From a virus (taxonomy: Duplodnaviria; Heunggongvirae; Uroviricota; Caudoviricetes), in the IMG/VR virus record IMGVR_UViG_3300043788_000176, positions 1 to 56,565 of that record: DNA of 56,565 nucleotides. One strand, given 5' to 3'. Of this stretch, positions 53,684 to 56,565 are shown in pieces. Position numbers and translations under genes: made by a program. Every line of letters starts with the position of its first letter. Position 1 is the stretch's first letter. The notes under the pieces were generated by a model. It had not been told where the DNA came from. It was given only the letters and a program-made list of their open reading frames with translations, and did no database searches.

Positions 53684-53889
53684 CCGAAACCGAACGTGAG
53701 TGCCACAAATCTTGGCATGAGGCGGCGCTGGGTCGCTTGGAAAAGGGCGGGTTCACCGACATGGACGAGTGGACCGTTCACCTGATCCTCTTCTACTATT
53801 GTGATCACCCTGAGATGCTCGCCCCGCCCGGTGAGCGCTATCGGCGATATCTGGGCGATGCGAGGCGCAAATTGGGAATGCCGCCTTGA
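53668..53889 (+). CDS. Small hypothetical protein
   Basis: Tandem ORF (start may be GTG 53680). Confidence 0.55.
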   Translation: MVGDVTETERECHKSWHEAALGRLEKGGFTDMDEWTVHLILFYYCDHPEMLAPPGERYRRYLGDARRKLGMPP

Positions 53890-54236
53890 GTGATATTGTG
53901 TCCCTTGCATTGATCTCGGCGTCATCTGTGATCGCGACCCCAATAATAGTGTCCTATCTGAACGGACGGCAGATGAAGGCCAAAGAAATTCGTGATTACG
54001 CCCGTCAGGATGAGGTGAGCGCCCGCGTTGAGGCGCTCAGGATAGAGGCGGCACAGCACGCGCGTGACACGGTCCAAGCTGTTAATGTCATGGCTGAGAA
54101 CGTCGATAAGGTCGAGAAAGCGACTAATTCGATGATGGCGCAGGCGACCAAGATAGCATTGGAGAAAGCCGAGGCAGACAAGGAGCGCGCATACGCTGCT
54201 GGGTTGGCGGATGGCATTGCCAAGAAAAACGGTTAA
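53886..54236 (+). CDS. Membrane-anchored coiled-coil protein (holin or i-spanin-like)
   Basis: N-terminal TM helix then coiled coil. Confidence 0.65.
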   Translation: MSDIVSLALISASSVIATPIIVSYLNGRQMKAKEIRDYARQDEVSARVEALRIEAAQHARDTVQAVNVMAENVDKVEKATNSMMAQATKIALEKAEADKERAYAAGLADGIAKKNG

Positions 54237-54239
54237 TTC

Positions 54240-54500
54240 ATGGACCCGAAACTCGTTGCCCTATACGGACAGATTGTCACGTCGATCCTGACGCTCATCG
54301 CCCTTTTCGGTTGCCTGATTGTTTCGTTCTTGCTGCGAGACAACCAACTCGAACTGCTTGTCGTGGGGGCGGTGATTGCCATGGCGACAACGGTCGTGAA
54401 CTACTGGCTTGGGTCCAGTAGCGGAAGTCAGAAGAAGGATGATATAATGGCGGCGCAGGCCGCAGCAGGGTCTCGCGAAACAGGAAGACCGTCACCATGA
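54240..54500 (+). CDS. Holin-like two-TM protein
   Basis: Two TM helices then VVNYWLGSSSGSQKKD, a holin-associated motif. Confidence 0.8.
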   Translation: MDPKLVALYGQIVTSILTLIALFGCLIVSFLLRDNQLELLVVGAVIAMATTVVNYWLGSSSGSQKKDDIMAAQAAAGSRETGRPSP

Positions 54501-54841
54501 AGATGTATCCGTTACTCGCCTCCATCGCAGTCCTCGCTCTTGCGACGGCGTGTTCCACGGCAGAGCCAGCACCCCCTCCGGCCGCAACATTCACGCCTCT
54601 GCCAGCGCCGATGCCGGTGCCAGCGCCACCCACTGCGGGCGAGATTCACCACAGTGCATTCATGTTCGAGGTGCAGCATCGTCTGAAGGCGCTCGGCTAC
54701 TACGAGGGACAGGTTGATGGCGCCAACGGACCGCTGACGCGCGCGGCAGTGAAGCATTTCCAGCGGGACAACCACCTAAATCCGACAGGCGTTGTTGACC
54801 AGCACACCGACTCAGCGCTGGGGCTCAGCTCAGGGAAGTGA
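54497..54841 (+). CDS. Pro-rich lipoprotein with peptidoglycan-binding domain
   Basis: LALATA|C lipobox; VQHRLKALGYY.GQVDG..GPLTRAAVKHFQ (PG_binding_1). Confidence 0.85.
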   Translation: MKMYPLLASIAVLALATACSTAEPAPPPAATFTPLPAPMPVPAPPTAGEIHHSAFMFEVQHRLKALGYYEGQVDGANGPLTRAAVKHFQRDNHLNPTGVVDQHTDSALGLSSGK

Positions 54842-55084
54842 GTGCGTCCGCCCTTCTCAATGAAGGCGCTGCGAGACACGCACCGCCGCGTGGTTGCGGC
54901 GCGTGAGGGTTGGCGGGATCGCCGACGAACATCCAGTCCCGTCTTTCCGTTTCGGCGCAATGAGCCTGAGCCCGAGCCTGAGCCCCCGCCAACCAGAGAC
55001 CTCGGCGGCATGGTGGGGTGCACGATCCTGATTGTCATTGGCGTGGGGATCATTGCCCTGATCGTATGGGCAGTGAGCGGTTGA
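54842..55084 (+). CDS. Small protein with C-terminal TM helix
   Basis: EPEPEPEPPP then hydrophobic helix. Confidence 0.55.
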   Translation: MRPPFSMKALRDTHRRVVAAREGWRDRRRTSSPVFPFRRNEPEPEPEPPPTRDLGGMVGCTILIVIGVGIIALIVWAVSG

Positions 55085-55149
55085 TTGGTGCCACTCCATT
55101 GTGGTAAATTGCGGCAGGTCAATTGGGACCTCCGTGAGATTGTTTATCA

Positions 55150-55860
55150 TTGTCTTATCCTTGGGTGATTTGGACAGACCCGCGCACGGCGGGGACAGCA
55201 TTGTCTGCGGCCCTCAAATCAATTTCCGAGTATCCGTCTGTCGTCGACGAACCATTCCAATACGGACCTAACCCGAAGGCACTGGGATACGTCTACGAGA
55301 ACTGGTGCATTAACGGCGACCCTACAGTGCTCTACCAAGCACTCGCCAGGCACATACTGATCAAGCACATTCCCGAAGCGTTTGACGATAATTTCAATGC
55401 CGATCTAGCGCGCGCCGCTGAGTACAACGGCTATCGGCACATCCGGTTGATCCGCTGCGATACATTTGCGCGGTTAGCCAGCCGGGGCATCGCTGAGCAG
55501 ATCGACGTTTGGGTGGCGGACAAGGCAACGCTGGACGATTTGCATGCGGGTGACCTCGCCCCGCTCGACGTACCCCATCTGATCTCGGACTTGCGGCTTG
55601 ACGCGGCACGCTGGGATGCAGTGCAGCCGCACCTCACCAGCATCTTGACGGTGCGCACCGAGGATGTGGTCAGCCCGATGCGGAAACGGCGGCACGCGTG
55701 TCTGCGCCGCATTCTGCGGTTCCTCGAACTGTCCCCAGAGGGATTGGGTGTAATCGACGAAGCGCTGGCGCGCGGTGGTCAGAATACGTCACGTATATGG
55801 CGGCTATTGCCAAATCTTGGTGAGTTGCGGACGGCCCTGATATTGGAAGGTGTAGTATGA
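55150..55860 (+). CDS. Sulfotransferase-like (Stf0-type) protein
   Basis: PRTAGTAL 5'-PAPS loop-like motif, DEPF, IRLIR..LAS, TEDV. Confidence 0.65.
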   Translation: MSYPWVIWTDPRTAGTALSAALKSISEYPSVVDEPFQYGPNPKALGYVYENWCINGDPTVLYQALARHILIKHIPEAFDDNFNADLARAAEYNGYRHIRLIRCDTFARLASRGIAEQIDVWVADKATLDDLHAGDLAPLDVPHLISDLRLDAARWDAVQPHLTSILTVRTEDVVSPMRKRRHACLRRILRFLELSPEGLGVIDEALARGGQNTSRIWRLLPNLGELRTALILEGVV

Positions 55861-56565
55861 GATCGTCAGATTTTCAGCATGAACAGCGGATTGTTCGTCG
55901 ACCCCACGCCGTTACCCCGACGCTTGCCAGTGTCGTTCTCAGGCTGATCGTGCAAGCCCAGTACCCGCCGACATCAGGCAGCGGAATGGGGCTGTCAATA
56001 ACATCACTAATGACGGCCATTGTGCTGCGCGCAGCGGGCGTGGACTGCGAAGTGTGGACCGTCGCCAACGCCGAACAACTAAAGCAGATGCTGAAATCCT
56101 ACAAATATCAGACGGAGCGTCCAATAACCCATGTCGTGATTAACACGCCAGAGTTCATTGGACCGCTCGATTACGGATTGTTGTCCAATGCGTGGCCGAA
56201 CATCAGCTTTGTCATGCTCAACCATACGGGATTGGCCTACCTGTCGATTGATCACGACGGGTGGCGCAACATCCGCTGGGATTTGCGTCTGCAAAGGTCA
56301 ACCGACAACATTTTCGTAGCAGGAAACAACCCTCGCTTTGCTGCCAGCATACTAGCGCAGGACGGGGTTGCGGCATTGTGGCTGCCTAACCTCTACGACA
56401 CCTCGACGTTTCGGAAGCTCCGCGCCCCCCGTCCTTCCTATTCGCCATTGCGGATCGGTTCTTTTGCCGAGGGACGCCCTTGGAAAAATCAGCTGGTTGC
56501 GGCACAGGCAGCATTGGCAATTGCCAGAACCCTCGACGCGGATCTGGAATTGTACGTCAACCAAG
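55857..56565 (+). CDS. Glycosyltransferase (GT-B/GT4-like), runs off window end
   Basis: Open frame from ATG 55857 to the end; WLPNLYD..LRIGSFAEGRPWKNQLVAAQAA. Confidence 0.7.
   Translation, partial: MRSSDFQHEQRIVRRPHAVTPTLASVVLRLIVQAQYPPTSGSGMGLSITSLMTAIVLRAAGVDCEVWTVANAEQLKQMLKSYKYQTERPITHVVINTPEFIGPLDYGLLSNAWPNISFVMLNHTGLAYLSIDHDGWRNIRWDLRLQRSTDNIFVAGNNPRFAASILAQDGVAALWLPNLYDTSTFRKLRAPRPSYSPLRIGSFAEGRPWKNQLVAAQAALAIARTLDADLELYVNQ

Noticed and set aside
1-56565. Genome-wide TAG reassignment (alternative genetic code)
   Set aside because: Long genes have no internal TAG, and TAG ends genes at 1489, 5732, 23799, 30569 and 41445. Only pth2 shows a required in-frame TAG.
1-56565. CRISPR array, rRNA, integrase or transposase
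   Set aside because: No regularly spaced repeats, rRNA-length conserved sequence or recombinase motifs were seen.

Overview
GC-rich, almost entirely + strand segment of a large tailed (podovirus-like) bacteriophage genome. The host is probably an alphaproteobacterium (inference). 1-13.1 kb is a translation/RNA-metabolism island: 32 hand-folded tRNA genes interleaved with small ORFs, HNH endonucleases, a PseT-type HAD phosphatase, a Ro60 (rsr) gene preceded by three tandem Y RNAs, and several unidentified structured RNAs. The best novel candidate is a separately promoted unit at 11759-13079. It runs: sigma70 promoter, amber-suppressor tRNA(CUA), a Pth2 peptidyl-tRNA hydrolase gene whose third codon is an in-frame TAG, two CCA-ended tRNA-like RNAs with no anticodon loop, and an HNH nuclease. 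13.2-50.8 kb is a virion module: adaptor, P22 gp10-like nozzle, two large ejection proteins (one with a lysozyme domain), homing endonucleases, and about ten tail-fibre/glycanase-like proteins that unexpectedly carry Sec/Tat/lipoprotein signal peptides. 50.8-56.6 kb holds small ORFs, a DUF1906-type lysis cassette, a sulfotransferase and a truncated glycosyltransferase. All RNA folds and protein family calls were made by eye; no searches were run.
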